From: Psammoneis japonica
Lineage: Eukaryota
Length of the DNA: 64,000 nucleotides
Assembly (NCBI GenBank): GCA_008632985.1
Contig: QPGO01000047.1
Span: 62,001-126,000, forward strand
Direction: 5' to 3'
Shown: positions 34,240 through 46,857 of the stretch, piece after piece
Layout of the letters: the number at the start of each line of letters is the position of its first letter
Position numbering within the stretch: the stretch's first letter is position 1
The notes under the pieces: model-generated
What the model was told of the DNA's origin: nothing
Database searches by the model: none
The model's input: the letters and a program-made list of their open reading frames with translations, nothing else
Program-made: the position numbers and the translations under genes

Positions 34240-37200
34240 ACACGTCAATGCCCTCAACTGCGACACGGACAGGAACATCATGTTTTGTTTGTGCTTCCAT
34301 TCCCAACTCCTTGGACAAAGCAAACGTGGATGCTGACCTGGACACCGGCACCGCCCATCTCAATCACATCGCAGAACTTGTCAGCGAGTGCACAAGACGC
34401 CGTCAGCTGCCTTGCAGAACTTGGAAAGATCAACTTCATCTTCCGTTTCGCACATTGGTTCCCCTTTCTCCTTGAGCGCTGCAGCGTGAGACCATGAGAC
34501 GGGGTCGCATTGATTGAAAGCCACGCGGTGGTGCACTGTGACCTCCAGCTGTTGGTGACTCCACAGCAGAGCCGTCAATTCCCTGGCTACAAACACAATG
34601 ACTGTGTGACATGGCATCGGAACAACATTTCTTCTCTTGGCAACAGGAGCAGCGTGTGATTCCGCGTGCTTGCTCTTTCTCTCTCTTTCTTGTGTTTTGT
34701 GGGCATCTTCCCAATCAAAGCTCGAATTGCCTTGTCGAGGGGGTTCCCTTGCATTTTTTTCTCGCAGGCTGCCTTTCTCTGATGCCACTTGGACGGAGAT
34801 CCACAAGAACCCCAAATTGGAGCTAGACTTGCTCAGCGGCAATGGCGAGTTCCTTGCAGTCAGCTGGACAAGAGCCCCCCTTGTGTTTTCCTTCCGCTGA
34901 TTTCAGACTTGAAAAACCTCTGTTTGTTCCTTGAACACGAGCTCCTTCGAGTCACCCGACACGCCCCTTCTTAAAATGAGAAATCATTTTCCACGTCACA
35001 TTCTGAGGCTGGAAATGACCCATGTCATTCTTCATGCTTTGAAATGAAAAGCAGCGCACGAGCTCTTTCAAATCCTCAGTGTAAACACGCATCAGTTCCA
35101 AGAAGTCCACCAATTGCTGCACCGTTGAGGCTAGATCCTCCACCATGTCTCGAAGCATGTAAATTCAGCTTTGGAGAGTCATTTTTGCAGCGAGCTTTTG
35201 GAAGCATGCCGAAACGCAAGGTGTGCATCAGTGCGCATTGAAGACTCTTCGTCCCGCAGTTCAAAGTTTCTCGCGGTCTTCTCGAACAAAATTGGTGTCA
35301 GTGTGTTGATGATCTTGTCTCCGCAGTGTGCATCAACATCATAAAACGGAGCGCACTTGGACACGTGTGATTGCAAGTGGGTGGCAGCATTGAAGAGAAT
35401 GTTGTCTCGTTGGTCAAGTGAAAAAAGAGGAGTGACAGAACAATGCGCAGCGTCCAAGTTTTCCTGCTCTTGGGACATGAGCAAAGGAGTGTGTCAGCAA
35501 ACTCGTGGAGGCTGCAGAGAGCACTTTTCTGCCGTTTCTGGACTGGAAATGGAGAGCAACAGGATGATGGAAGGTGGAGAGAATGCCACTGTGGTGTGAT
35601 GTGCGAGGTGTGAGGTGTGTGGTGTGTTGCTGGATGCGGGACAGTCGACAGTTGCGTGGTTGGATTTTGGATTTAAAAAAAAGTCAACAAATCAAATTTC
35701 AAAAGTTGAGGGGATTGTCAACTGAAGCATGATGTCATGATCAATTTGTTGGAGGTTTGTCTCATTTTTCTTTCAGAAACAGAAAAATCATTGTGTTGTC
35801 CACGCTGCATGTGTGTGTGATGTGCGTTCTCCTTTCTTCGCTTCACTGCCAACGGCGGAAGCAGGGCGGATGTGTGTCAGCAGAGGAACACACAATCAAC
35901 AACATGCAATGATGCCCGATGTGCTGCAGTGCATCATTTCTCTTTGATTCACTCTGCTGTCAGCATGAGTCCACCCACACAAGAATGATGTCTTCTGCAG
36001 AAAATGATGACCTGAATGGCATCAAGGAGAAATTTGCAAATTGCACGAGCAGCGGACAGAGCAAACCAGCAGCACAGCAGAAATTGCCAGGCTCGACGAC
36101 AAAATGGATCTTTTTGTGAGCAGCAACAACAAAGACAGATGGCACCACTGACAAAGCAAGTTAGTTGGGCAACTCAAATGGGGCCGCTTCTCTGCCCAAC
36201 GAAGGGCAAAAATGGCACTGTGATTGGCTGGGGCGGTGACAGCCACATGCTGCAAGTCAGACGGAGGCAAAAAAAGCAACACAGAAAAAAGTTCAGCTTG
36301 AGTCTTTGAAGTTGACCTTGCTGGTGGCAAATTGTCAAAGAGAACTGCTGACAGCAGACCCCACTTTCAGATCTTTTGCATTGGCATGCTTGCAAGCCAT
36401 TTGTTCTTGAAGCACCACCCAAGCTGGGTGCCAAACAGAGCTCATGGCATTTGTTGAGTTGAGAGCAGATTTGATGTGTGCTGTCATCACAGGTGAGTGC
36501 TGCATCTCACTGGTGAGGAGCTTTGTTTTGGGTGGTTGTTCTCAGCACCCAACATTTGTTGTCCTTTGCTGGAATCTGCACACCAGGTCCAGAGGGAACT
36601 CCTTGTGTCACTGGGATGCTTGCTTTGTGACACATTTTTTTGTCACAGCCCTGCCAGGGGGGGCACAAAAAGCCAAGCTCTTGGCTGCTGCTGGTGTTTC
36701 TTGGAAACTTGGACAGGCCCTGGTTGGATTGCCAGCAAATCTTCCCTGCCACAGGTGAGCTGGAAGCACCCAGCATCTCATCATCTCACCTTGCTTGGTC
36801 CAGGAGCTTTTTTTTCAACAAGGCCTGGCTTTGAGCTGCGCTGGCAAAAGTCAAAAAGTCCTCAAATGAATGCCCTGCAAAGGCAAGCTGGACTCAAGGT
36901 GTTGTTAGCATCCTGAATCTTTGCAATGCATGAAGTGAACACTGCTTCTGCACACCAAGGTCAAAGACATCGAAGACCTCAGCTGGGGCGGTGTGGTGCG
37001 GGCATCGACAGATCGCAGTGCGAAGGTGCAAGATGAAAGGCTGGCTGTGCATTCACAAACCTCTGGGCTCTTCTGGGGACCAAGCAACAAAGTCAAGCCT
37101 TTGCTGTTGATTGGGAGTGATGTTTCACACAGTCTCGGGTCAAGGTGTTGATTGGCTCTTCCAGCCTTGCTTCCAACAAGGGAGACACGCTCCTCATTGT

Positions 37201-37290
37201 GTTGTTGTGGTGGCGAAAACCAGTGTTGAACTGCATGCCAGCATGTTCTCACTCCGGTCTCTCTCTTTCTCCTTGCCTTGGATTGCGTCC
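34240..37290. other. TpA-depleted domain D, preceded by an 18-nt G run (34205-34222)
   Basis: TA is scarce. CpG is depleted mostly in 36300-36950. Contains unidentified decayed coding-like sequence at about 34950-35500. Confidence 0.8.
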
Positions 37291-37576
37291 GAAAAATATG
37301 TGATGGATACAACAACTCTCTTTTGCCACTCAATGTGTAGAAAAACGAGAAAGGAACGTTCCAGCGTTGGGAATGGCATGCGTGCGACGTGCGTGCCTTT
37401 GAACTGGTTGCCGGCGACCAGCCGTCGTTCGTCTGCTCATCGCGCGCCACATCTTGACGCGAATTTGTTGACAACACGAAATGAACACCAAAACACAACA
37501 CGCAACACGCAAAACAGAGAGCACAACACCAAAACACGAAACTTAAAACAACGACAACCAAAGCAGAACACACAAC

Positions 37577-38641
37577 ATGGCTTCTCTGTTGAACGTGATG
37601 CTTGTCGGACGACAGTATTCTGGAGACGTCCAAGCAGTACGAGATCTCGTCGCAAACAGCAGTTCTGATGTGAACTTTTCGGATGACGACGGAAGAACTC
37701 CGCTTGCCGCTGCCGTTTACGGTCAAGATGTACCAATGGTTCGCCTCTTGTTGGAACATGGAGCTCAAGTGAACGCTCGGGTGAGACTAGGACTATTCAT
37801 TGGAAAGGAGGGAGTCGACGACGCGCACGGGACGGCTCTCCACATGGCCGCCTACCTCGGAAATGAACAAATTGTGGAGCTGCTCATGTCTCATGGTGCC
37901 GAGACGAGCGTCGATGCAAGAGTCAAGAGTCTGTCGGGGTGCCTGTTCATTCCAGATGAGCAAACGCCCTTGCATTATGCTAGTGCACTAGGGCATGTAG
38001 TGATTGCTGCCTTGCTCATTGGAAACGGTGCTGACATTCACGCAACAGACAGTTTTGGCAGCACACCGCTTCTCCTCGCCATCAAGCAACGACAAAGAGC
38101 AATGGTGCGAGCCTTGCTGTTCCATGGCGCTGATGTCAATTATCAAAAGAAAGAGAATGCGTTGACGCCATTGGCTTGTGCTTGCCGTATGAGTGTTTCA
38201 GGCAGCATCAATGATGACATTAGTGATGACTACAGCAGCGACGAGGACATTTCTTTCGAATTTCCTAGGCTCCTCTTGGAGGCGGGCGCCAACGTGTCAC
38301 AGCCAGGACCAGCGGGTCTAACACCACTGCATTTTGCTTGTTTTCAAGAAGACAATGAACACCTTGTGTATCTCTTGCTGCAACACAATGCCAATCTGTA
38401 CGCAAAAGACATGTTATCGAGAACTCCTTTGGACTTGGCTCTCTTGCTCAGACGAAAGACAGTGGCGTCAATTCTTGTGACTCATCACTGCCGCGATCTT
38501 GAAGTCCTGTCAAATATGCCTACAGCTCTGTGGCCCCATGTCCTGGCCAGGACGGCCCAGTCCACGTCGCCGGTAGACGTCATGTACGAATTGATCAAGG
38601 AGAAGCCACATCTACTCATTCGTAATCAAAATAGGCCCTAG
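37577..38641 (+). CDS. Ankyrin-repeat protein
   Basis: 354-aa ORF with GRTPLAAA, GTALHMAA, QTPLHYAS, GSTPLLLA, GLTPLHFA and RTPLDLA. Confidence 0.93.
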   Translation: MASLLNVMLVGRQYSGDVQAVRDLVANSSSDVNFSDDDGRTPLAAAVYGQDVPMVRLLLEHGAQVNARVRLGLFIGKEGVDDAHGTALHMAAYLGNEQIVELLMSHGAETSVDARVKSLSGCLFIPDEQTPLHYASALGHVVIAALLIGNGADIHATDSFGSTPLLLAIKQRQRAMVRALLFHGADVNYQKKENALTPLACACRMSVSGSINDDISDDYSSDEDISFEFPRLLLEAGANVSQPGPAGLTPLHFACFQEDNEHLVYLLLQHNANLYAKDMLSRTPLDLALLLRRKTVASILVTHHCRDLEVLSNMPTALWPHVLARTAQSTSPVDVMYELIKEKPHLLIRNQNRP

Positions 38642-40202
38642 CTAGAAGCTGGAAATGATAATACTGTACTAGGGATCGATGGTTCAACTATATAATAAGA
38701 GCGACGAGCGTCAGCGTGCAATTCAGGTTAACATAAAATTTGTTCATTTACTTCAATAGAAAACTGAACTATCTTAACCCTTCCTGAGCGTGAAGCTAGA
38801 ACGTGAAGGAAAAACTAGCTAGGCCCTATACTTATCAAGATGACGACTTTGTTGCAGCAACCCAAGGATGACTACATTATAAAATGAAGCCGCTTGCCAA
38901 ACGTACAGTACCAAAAGGGAGTCTTTCCTGCAACAAAAACATGGGATAGCGTACCCCTTTTTCTATCCAACCGCAGTTTAAAAAGCGGCTCGTCTCCTCG
39001 TCATGGCATGAGTTATGTTGATCAATTATGACAACGGAAATACTAGAAATAGATCTCATACGGATCATGCGATTCATCCATCGTGTGTCGCATAATTTCG
39101 CACCGTGAACACTATTGGAACGTGCGTCAAAACGATGTGCTCGTTCTTGAGAGAAGATCCAACAATAAATGCTTGTTGTTGCATTCGACATGGCGATATT
39201 TGTACCGGTGTTATAGGTCAGCGCCGTTGCAATAAAGTATGGCTGCGATTGGTTCTTGTCGATGCTGCTTAACGATATCTCTGTTAAGCAATAACATCGT
39301 CGTCCCATCACGAGGAAGCTGCTTTGTTCTTTGTTCGACTCGACCGTACCGGTAACACCTAACGCCATGCTGTCACGCACTGTCAGCCACTGTCACTCGC
39401 ACTATGATACTTCAGACGACACGCTTCCTGTTGTAAACCATGACACTGACTTTTTGTCGTATAATCGTTTTATGCCTCCATAGATGATTGGAGTCAAGTC
39501 CCTCAAAATCGGCGCGGACTGCAAGCCGGTGAAATCAGAGAACGCATATTCCACTGCGGAATGTCACTATTTTCGCCTTGAAAACGACCTCAAACTCGTT
39601 GCTCTCACTCAAATAAGCGTAAAAGCTTCGGTCTATGACCAGAAATGTCCCCTTTCCGCTCATTTCGGAGATAGCCAAAAGATAGGATAGTCATCAACGA
39701 ACGGGGTGCCTGTGATGCCAATGCAGCCAAAATTGAACACATCATTTATCGACTTGACTGATCTCGACTTGTCTCTTATTTCCATTCGTCGCAAGATAAA
39801 TCTCGTGAGATACCGGGAGAGCCAGTGTCAGACAACCGACAACGCCATGACGTCGATTGTAGCCCTACAGGCCCACGAATCCGCTATGTGTGGGACAGTC
39901 ATACGCATAATTTGCATTGAACTTTTGGAAACATCCATCTCTAGGTGTTTTGCTTCCGGAAAAGCGCTATCAGAACGCCCTGTCTCTTGGAATTGGCAAC
40001 GCACCTCTGACCCTATAGCATGATGAACCGGACGTGTGCGAATATTCGTTTCTTTTTTGTCAAAGGTTGCTTTCGCCTGAATCATGTTGCCTATTAGCAG
40101 TATGATACAGCCATGATAAGCAGGGCGCTTACAGTATTATCGCAATGCCGCTCTGATGACATCCGCACCTCATCGATTGATCGCCATTCTCAATTCGCCT
40201 TG

Positions 40203-42068
40203 CTACCGGCGGACTCAACCGGTCCCGCTGCCTCAACCGGTCCCGCCGGCTGACTGACGGACGCTCGCTAGAATTAGTACGTAGCCCTACGCACAAGCCG
40301 CCGCGATGGATGAGTTTGAGAGTGCCGCCACAACGCAATGATAACGCAAAGCGACTTCTTCCCGAAGGACATGCGATACAATCCTACCCTTGAAGAAAGC
40401 TAGAATACTAGAAGCTATACAATCATATCTCTAAAGAACAACAAAATGCTATAAGTCTATAAGTCATTTCAATGGATTGCTTGTCGTCGTCAACGGACAA
40501 CGCCGAAGATGCCGCGACGAGTCGAAAATCACAAAAAAATTGATCTCTTACCTTTTGCGCCAAGTTCTACTCTAGAGTGGCACTGTAGCACTCTAGAGAG
40601 TAGTAGCCCTAAATAGAGAGGCCATCCGCACGCACACCCACACTAACTAACTCTACCAGCGAGAAGAAACAGCACGTTCGCCCCAACTCCATCTGTGCCC
40701 TGGTCCAAATTTCATCCATTGCACTTGTGCCTCTCTACACCCGACTAGGAACTGAGTGCTCCAGGATCTGATTTCCCCATATGAGCAAAGAGTATCAAAA
40801 GATATCTGTCATGTAGAACATGGGCCTGGAAATGCCACTGCAAGCTTTAACGGTCAACGACAGTCACACTGGAAAATGACAGGCAAAATGAAAATATGAT
40901 TGGAACAACGTACACAATAATAATCCATTGGGGTTACATGTCACAGTACACTCACTAGGGCACCTTTTAAATGTAGAGCTGAGTCGCCTTACTAATTTTT
41001 ATGCCCCCAAGTAACATCAGCGGTTCGTGGCATCCGCGCATTCAAGAGAGGCGATGAACCCGCCAACACAAGCCTCAACCTTCCCATTTTACCATTGCAA
41101 AGCCTAGAGTCGTAGTTACACCACAAAGATCTCCCAAAATAACGTGGACAATATTGTGTCTTAGATAATGATGATAATGCGGTTGAAGGGTAGGTGGAAA
41201 GGGTCAAAAAGGACCAGACACCTGTGCGCATGATCGAGACGCACCAAAAAAGGCTCGTGAGGTATGCAAGTTTCGTCAAAACGAGTCCAAAACTCAATCA
41301 ATCACAACATGCTCACAGGGTTACCTTCTTTGGACTATGGAAAGGCTGTCTGACAAATGCCAATGTCGTGAGTATCCCGAGACTCCATNNNNNNNNNNNN
41401 NNNNNNNNNNNNNNNNNNNNNNNNNNNNNNNNNNNNNNNNNNNNNNNNNNNNNNNNNNNNNNNNNNNNNNNNNNNNNNNNNNNNNNNNNNNNNNNNNNNN
41501 NNNNNNNNNNNNNNNNNNNNNNNNNNNNNNNNNNNNNNNNNNNNNNNNNNNNNNNNNNNNNNNNNNNNNNNNNNNNNNNNNNNNNNNNNNNNNNNNNNNN
41601 NNNNNNNNNNNNNNNNNNNNNNNNNNNNNNNNNNNNNNNNNNNNNNNNNNNNNNNNNNNNNNNNNGCACAAACAACATCTTTAGTGAGTAGATAAACGGT
41701 ATAAAATGAGAAAACACAGAAAGAACTTACCACGGCAACGTTGTCGACCATTCAGATGTCACCCGTACCGTGCAGCAATCGAGTCACGAGTCGAGGCACG
41801 CAACCGTTTGTACCGTGTGTCGCCACCAAAGCCCCCCAGGAAACCAAACCAATGCATCAACCTCTTTATAACAACGATAGAAAAAGATCCCACATGAAAG
41901 ATACATCGACCCAACGATGTATGCCATGGCGAGATGCATCAAAGTACAACATGCCGTTTTCAATGCAAAATCGGGACCGGTTGAGTCCAATCGAATTATT
42001 CGACTCTCGTGCTTCACCGTGGTGAAATTTCAGTCACGGACGCCGGGACCGGTTGAGTCCTCCGGTAG
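40203..42068. mobile_element. Non-autonomous DNA transposon with 25-bp TIRs and a 4-bp TSD (CTTG), spanning the assembly gap
   Basis: Left end ctaccggcggactcaaccggtcccg (40203-40227) matches right end cgggaccggttgagtcctccggtag (42044-42068) with one mismatch. cttg lies at 40199-40202 and 42069-42072. Extra subterminal copies at 40232 and 41972. Confidence 0.85.
41389..41665. other. Assembly gap (N run)
   Basis: Run of n characters. Confidence 1.
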
Positions 42069-42557
42069 CTTGGGTCGCAGTGAGAGGAGAGTGAGAGGTT
42101 AGAAACAAAATATGTTGTATGAAGAAAGAGTCCTAAATAAAAAGCTCTTCCTACGAAAACAGACATCGTTGTACAATTGCCTCTACTTAAAAGAAAATAC
42201 GTGGGAGACGAAAGGACATAATAGGAAATGTTGAACTTTCCTGACCCACACAAACATCCATCGAAGCGTCACAAAGCAACCGCGAATTGATCGCAACACG
42301 CAACACCAACATGTTTACCGGTAGTCTAGTGACCATGATGTAAGAGGTCGGTTTCGGGCAATACATTTATCCAGCCCGATATTAGTATACCGTATGGTGA
42401 AACGGTGCCAAGACTTTCTTTTTGCCGGGATTCCTCGTACATTCTACGTGTCTTTGTGCTGACGACTGTCCGAGCGCCCTTCGAAAGGCTTCGATTCAAG
42501 CTGTCACAATTTCTTTGAAGGTACAAGCAACAAAGACATTGCATCTCCATCATCACC

Positions 42558-43484
42558 ATGATGTCCTCTGTCCTCTTTATGAATGCCGTGATCAACGTCA
42601 GCCACTGTGACTTGACCACAGCTGTGATTCAACGCAAGAGCACGAGCGATTGGCTTCGTTTTGCTCTTTGGGTCGGCCATTGCGCCTTGCTACAAGATCT
42701 CGATGTTGTTTCCATCACAATGTTCTCGACGTTTATCTATGGATTGTGCCAGGGGTTGTTGGGGCTCACGGAGGACTTTTTGCATGTCAAGCAGCAGTGG
42801 TTTCCGAACGTCACTGTCAAATCGATTTGCTCCTCCATCATCGGGTCTCCCATCTGGAGCCAACTCCATTTCGTTGCCATCAAGTGCAAATCAATCTTAT
42901 TGAAGTGTGTGGGACTCGTCATTGGCATGTCCAAGGAATGCATCAAGCGTGTTGACTTTGCGAGCGCAGCAGCCGTCTTGAAGCGCTTCGATTTGACTGC
43001 TGCGGTTGTCGTGTTTCACATCGGCATGGCTTTCAAGAATTTTGACATCAGTGGCCTCATGGGATTTCTCCTCCGTCTCATGTTGGTGTTGGTGCTGGCC
43101 TGTCTCATTCGCATGCACGTTGCGGGATTGTTTTTACCATCAACCGAGGACGATCTGTCGAGCCATCGCGACGACCGTGTCAAGAAGCCTTGGAAGGAGC
43201 CAACGTCCAAATTCAAGAAGGGACAGTGCGTGCATTGTCGCCATTCAAACAAGACGTGCAGGGCAAAGATTTTAAGGGTCCATTTTGATGATGATCTTGA
43301 CCCGTTCTACGATGTGAAATTGGGCGACGGATGCGAGAAGCAGATGACCGAGGACCACCTTTCGGACCAGCTCGGCTCAGGTCACATTCAGGTTTTTATT
43401 GACATCTTTGACGACGATCCGGATTGCAACATGTTGCAAGGTGCTCAATGGGGGGAAGGGGATGTCGTCAGTGCAATCTTGTGA
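42558..43484 (+). pseudogene. Hypothetical membrane protein with a small C-terminal SH3/Tudor-like motif, TpA-eroded
   Basis: Open 308-aa frame containing FKKGQCVHCRHSNKTCRAKILRVHFDDDLDPFYDVKLGDGCEKQ, with Cys/His where aromatic residues would be expected. Confidence 0.5.
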
Positions 43485-45574
43485 CGATTGTTCCATCAAG
43501 ATGTTCGATGGGGGAGGATTGCCGAGTGTCATGTGTGGATGCGGTGTGACGAGTTTGCGTGTTGAATTCTTTGTTCAACTTGGGCTCTCTTTTTTCCGAA
43601 AAAAAGGCCTTTGCTGTTGAGATCAGAGGGCAACCATCTTTGTGTTGTTGAATGAGAGTTTGGTTGATTGCGTTGGGTCTTGAATTCAAGCTCGTGTTGG
43701 ACACACATTTAATTTGAGCTGATTCCGAAGCATGTCATTGTTTCCGAACAGAGCATGTGAACGAGAGAATGAGAGATTCACGCGGCACTCAAACCCAAAT
43801 TCATGCCGGTGTGAAGGTGGTGCCATCTTTTTCGAAAGCAGAGGGGCGGCTGTTAAAAAATCGAGAAAGGAAAGTTGAAGTCGAGGAAACTGTTCAACAC
43901 GAGAAACTCTTGCTCCCTCTGCAGGAGACGCTTTGCCATTCTAATTCAGTTGGGCAATCTATTTTGGTTTCATTCAATCAAGATGAGCAGAGTCTTGTAC
44001 AAAACAAACATCAAACAAACACAAAATTTTGGCCAACACTTCTCCGTGTCGTCGCAAACTAGTTTTAATTGCACTTTTCGTCGTTCGTGGCACAGCTTGC
44101 ATTCGCAATCAATCGATCGAAGGCTGAGGACGTCACGCCGGCGGACCAGCATGGCACCCTTTTTAGACTGCAACAGTTGCGGACTTGCCTGTTGTTCAAC
44201 ACTGATTGACAGCAGCCACTCTCCACTGCTAGTTGTCAAGAACAAAGACCAACCAAACTGTTCAGTGGCTCTTGCTGCAGTCAGGCTAAGTAGATCCATT
44301 CCACCCAGATGTCCCCTCAGATCGAAACCACAAGAGAGCAAAAGCCTCAACACTTAAAACATTTCGTGTGGAAGCTGGAAAGAGCAAACTTGTTGTGAAA
44401 CTCGAGGCATCAAGAAGGACATTTTCAATGCACTTTGCACAAGAATCGCCTTTGAAGCGAGAATTGCAGCAGTTTCTGGTTGATCCATTACCCAGCGAGC
44501 AAGGTCGTGGGTCTTTTCTATCACTGTTTGGGCCTGCTTTATGTTTTCTCCTTTGCCGCGGTAGGCCAACAGGGCAAAGATCCTTGAAAAGATGTCGCCA
44601 AGCATGCATCCTCCGCCTTCTGTTCTGATGCATCTTGGAATGAGTGTGCACGGCGGATGGACATGTTTTTTTCTGCATCGAGCATGTCCGCCATGAAGAG
44701 ACGTCTCTTTCCAAAGCACATTGGAGGGCCTTGCCCACTGATGCAGAAACGTGCGAATGCCAAGAGGGCAAAGGGCTCTCCCAAGCAACAATGGCCGTGC
44801 TGGCCTTCCAATCAAAAAAGAAATCATCTCCTTCCTCTACGTTGTCGTCATGCTTCATGGCAAGTGCAAAGGCCAAGCGAATCAGATTTGAGTCTCGTCG
44901 CTGAGCCACCGTGTTGAACCGCAGTTTACCACACCAACTGTCCATCAACAATTTAAAGTTAGAAACATCGAAAGACATCAGAACTCTTTCTCGCGTTCCC
45001 ACACCAAAGGCGCTTCGGGTCCCGCCAACTTGAGCGCTTCCTCCCTTCCACAGTCAACTTCTCCTTCAATCTCCTCCACACCTTTCCCAGATGCAATGAG
45101 TCGCCCGATTTCCCCCTTGACATTGTCCACTGCGACTTTCGCACTTCCCTGACACGATCAAGGCGAGCTAGAAGTGGAGCGAAAACGTCCACTTTCCCTG
45201 CAGCAGCTGGCTCCTCGGTGTTGGGTTGAAGAGCAAGCCCAGTTGGCCAAAGGGAGGAGCCCTGATCTGCTTCTGTTGCAAATGATCGACATTCGCTACA
45301 AAATGCTCCCATGGTTGAAAACGCAGCAACAACATCGACCTGACCACACTCAATGACGGCAAACATCTTGTCGCGGATCCAACCGATCAGCGCGGTTTCC
45401 ATGATTTTATTGGCATTGCGAAGATGCCACTTGCCAAAGCAGTTTGCAGGATCCACCGAAAACAACAATGGCGGAGCATCCCGAGACGACGGATGTGTCG
45501 AGCAATTTAAAAAAAAAAAACGCTTCTTTCCGGAAATGGCTTCAAAGGCCTCCACATCAATTTCCTCCGCACTG

Positions 45575-46065
45575 CATCTGAGCATTCACCCAAGATCCAG
45601 AGACAAACGTGTGTTATGTTGCCAGAAGAACTGTCTTTGATGAAACCCAACAAATTGGGCGAGATGGATCCTTGCAGTGCAGGGTGCTGTTCGACAATGG
45701 CTCTGACAAAAAGAGCAACCTGCACAGAACCATCCGCGGCCAAAAAGTCCATGAGAGCAAAAACAACCGACTCGGCAAAATTGGGAAATCGCACAGCGCA
45801 TCTGTGAACGGCCCAAATCAGAATGTTCCGGTGGGCCATGCCCTTGGCTTCCACCATGGTAGAGTCCTGCTCTTGAGCAGTCTCGGCAACCTCGCGATTG
45901 AGCGTCGAAACCAAAATCAGCAACGTCCATGGCAACATCGAGAACCTTCTCGCAAAAATCAGCGCTGCAGGAACTGAGCGTGTGAAGAATGCCCATTGGC
46001 AGCTGCAAGATCTTGTAATGACGAGTCTTGAGGTCTTCCAACCGTTCACGAACAATGAGCTTGAC
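45575..46065 (-). pseudogene. COPB1: Internal fragment of coatomer beta subunit (beta-COP)
   Basis: VKLIVRERLEDLKTRH..ILHTLSS..KVLDVAMD and AHRNILIWAVHRCAVRFPNFAESVVFALMDFL..FVRAIVEQHPAL..LWILGECS match beta-COP (YR..LI.A.H.CA..FP, E.YP.L, LWILGEYS). Confidence 0.85.
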
Positions 46066-46857
46066 AAGTTTGTGTGGGTGGAATGGCAATGGGTGCCGAA
46101 AAAAGCGACACTGGAACACAAGCTGCCTCGCACCGGTGGGACACGGCAGCAGACGTGCTGGAAAGCATTGGAAACAAGATCTGGACAAAATCGTGACTTT
46201 TGGGTAGGATCACGACGACACAGCTTGGACCTTGACGAGAGGCCTCCACTGGACATTGTCCGCAAATCCATTGAGTTGGCAGACAAAATTGAGTTCTGAA
46301 CTTGGCAAACAACTCGACTTGATTTTGCATCATTCACTTGGTAGTGTTGCGTGTTGTTGTTGTTGCAGACATGGTACTTTCTTGCTTTGCTTGTAATGCC
46401 AATAAACTTGAAGAAGAACGCTCGTTGCTTGCGACGTGTGGGTGTTCCTTGGATGGATGCGGCGTCATGTTTGGCGCCAAGGTTTGTTGGAGATGTGATG
46501 CTGTTGTGGTGGCGGCGCTGCTACAGTATACTTCATCCAGCTTGTGGCCCGTCACGGACGGTGTAGTGGCTGCAGACCCCAAAAGGCAAGCGAAGTCACG
46601 GTCGGGCTGTCATCATGGCGAGAAGAAAATCAATCGCGCTGCATTCGGTCTCAATTGTCATCATGGCGAGAAGCAAATCAACTTTGTTGAAATGTACCAA
46701 TACAGATTCTTATATCTATATTGAAATTCCAAAATCACGTAGAATTGTACTGAAAAAAGTGCTGCCGACGGACGAAGGCAGGACACGAGTGCTCTCGCCA
46801 CTCGCACTCGCGCTCTTACCGATAGAGCGCGAGTGGGCGAGAGACTCAGAAAGCGGA

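Larger units (their letters stand above)
42540..46340. other. Partially TpA-depleted domain E (CpG largely retained)
   Basis: TA reduced, and many survivors are ttaa, ctaa, ttag or ctag. Confidence 0.7.

Noticed and set aside
41194..41751. ORFs spanning the N run
   Set aside because: Artefacts of the assembly gap.
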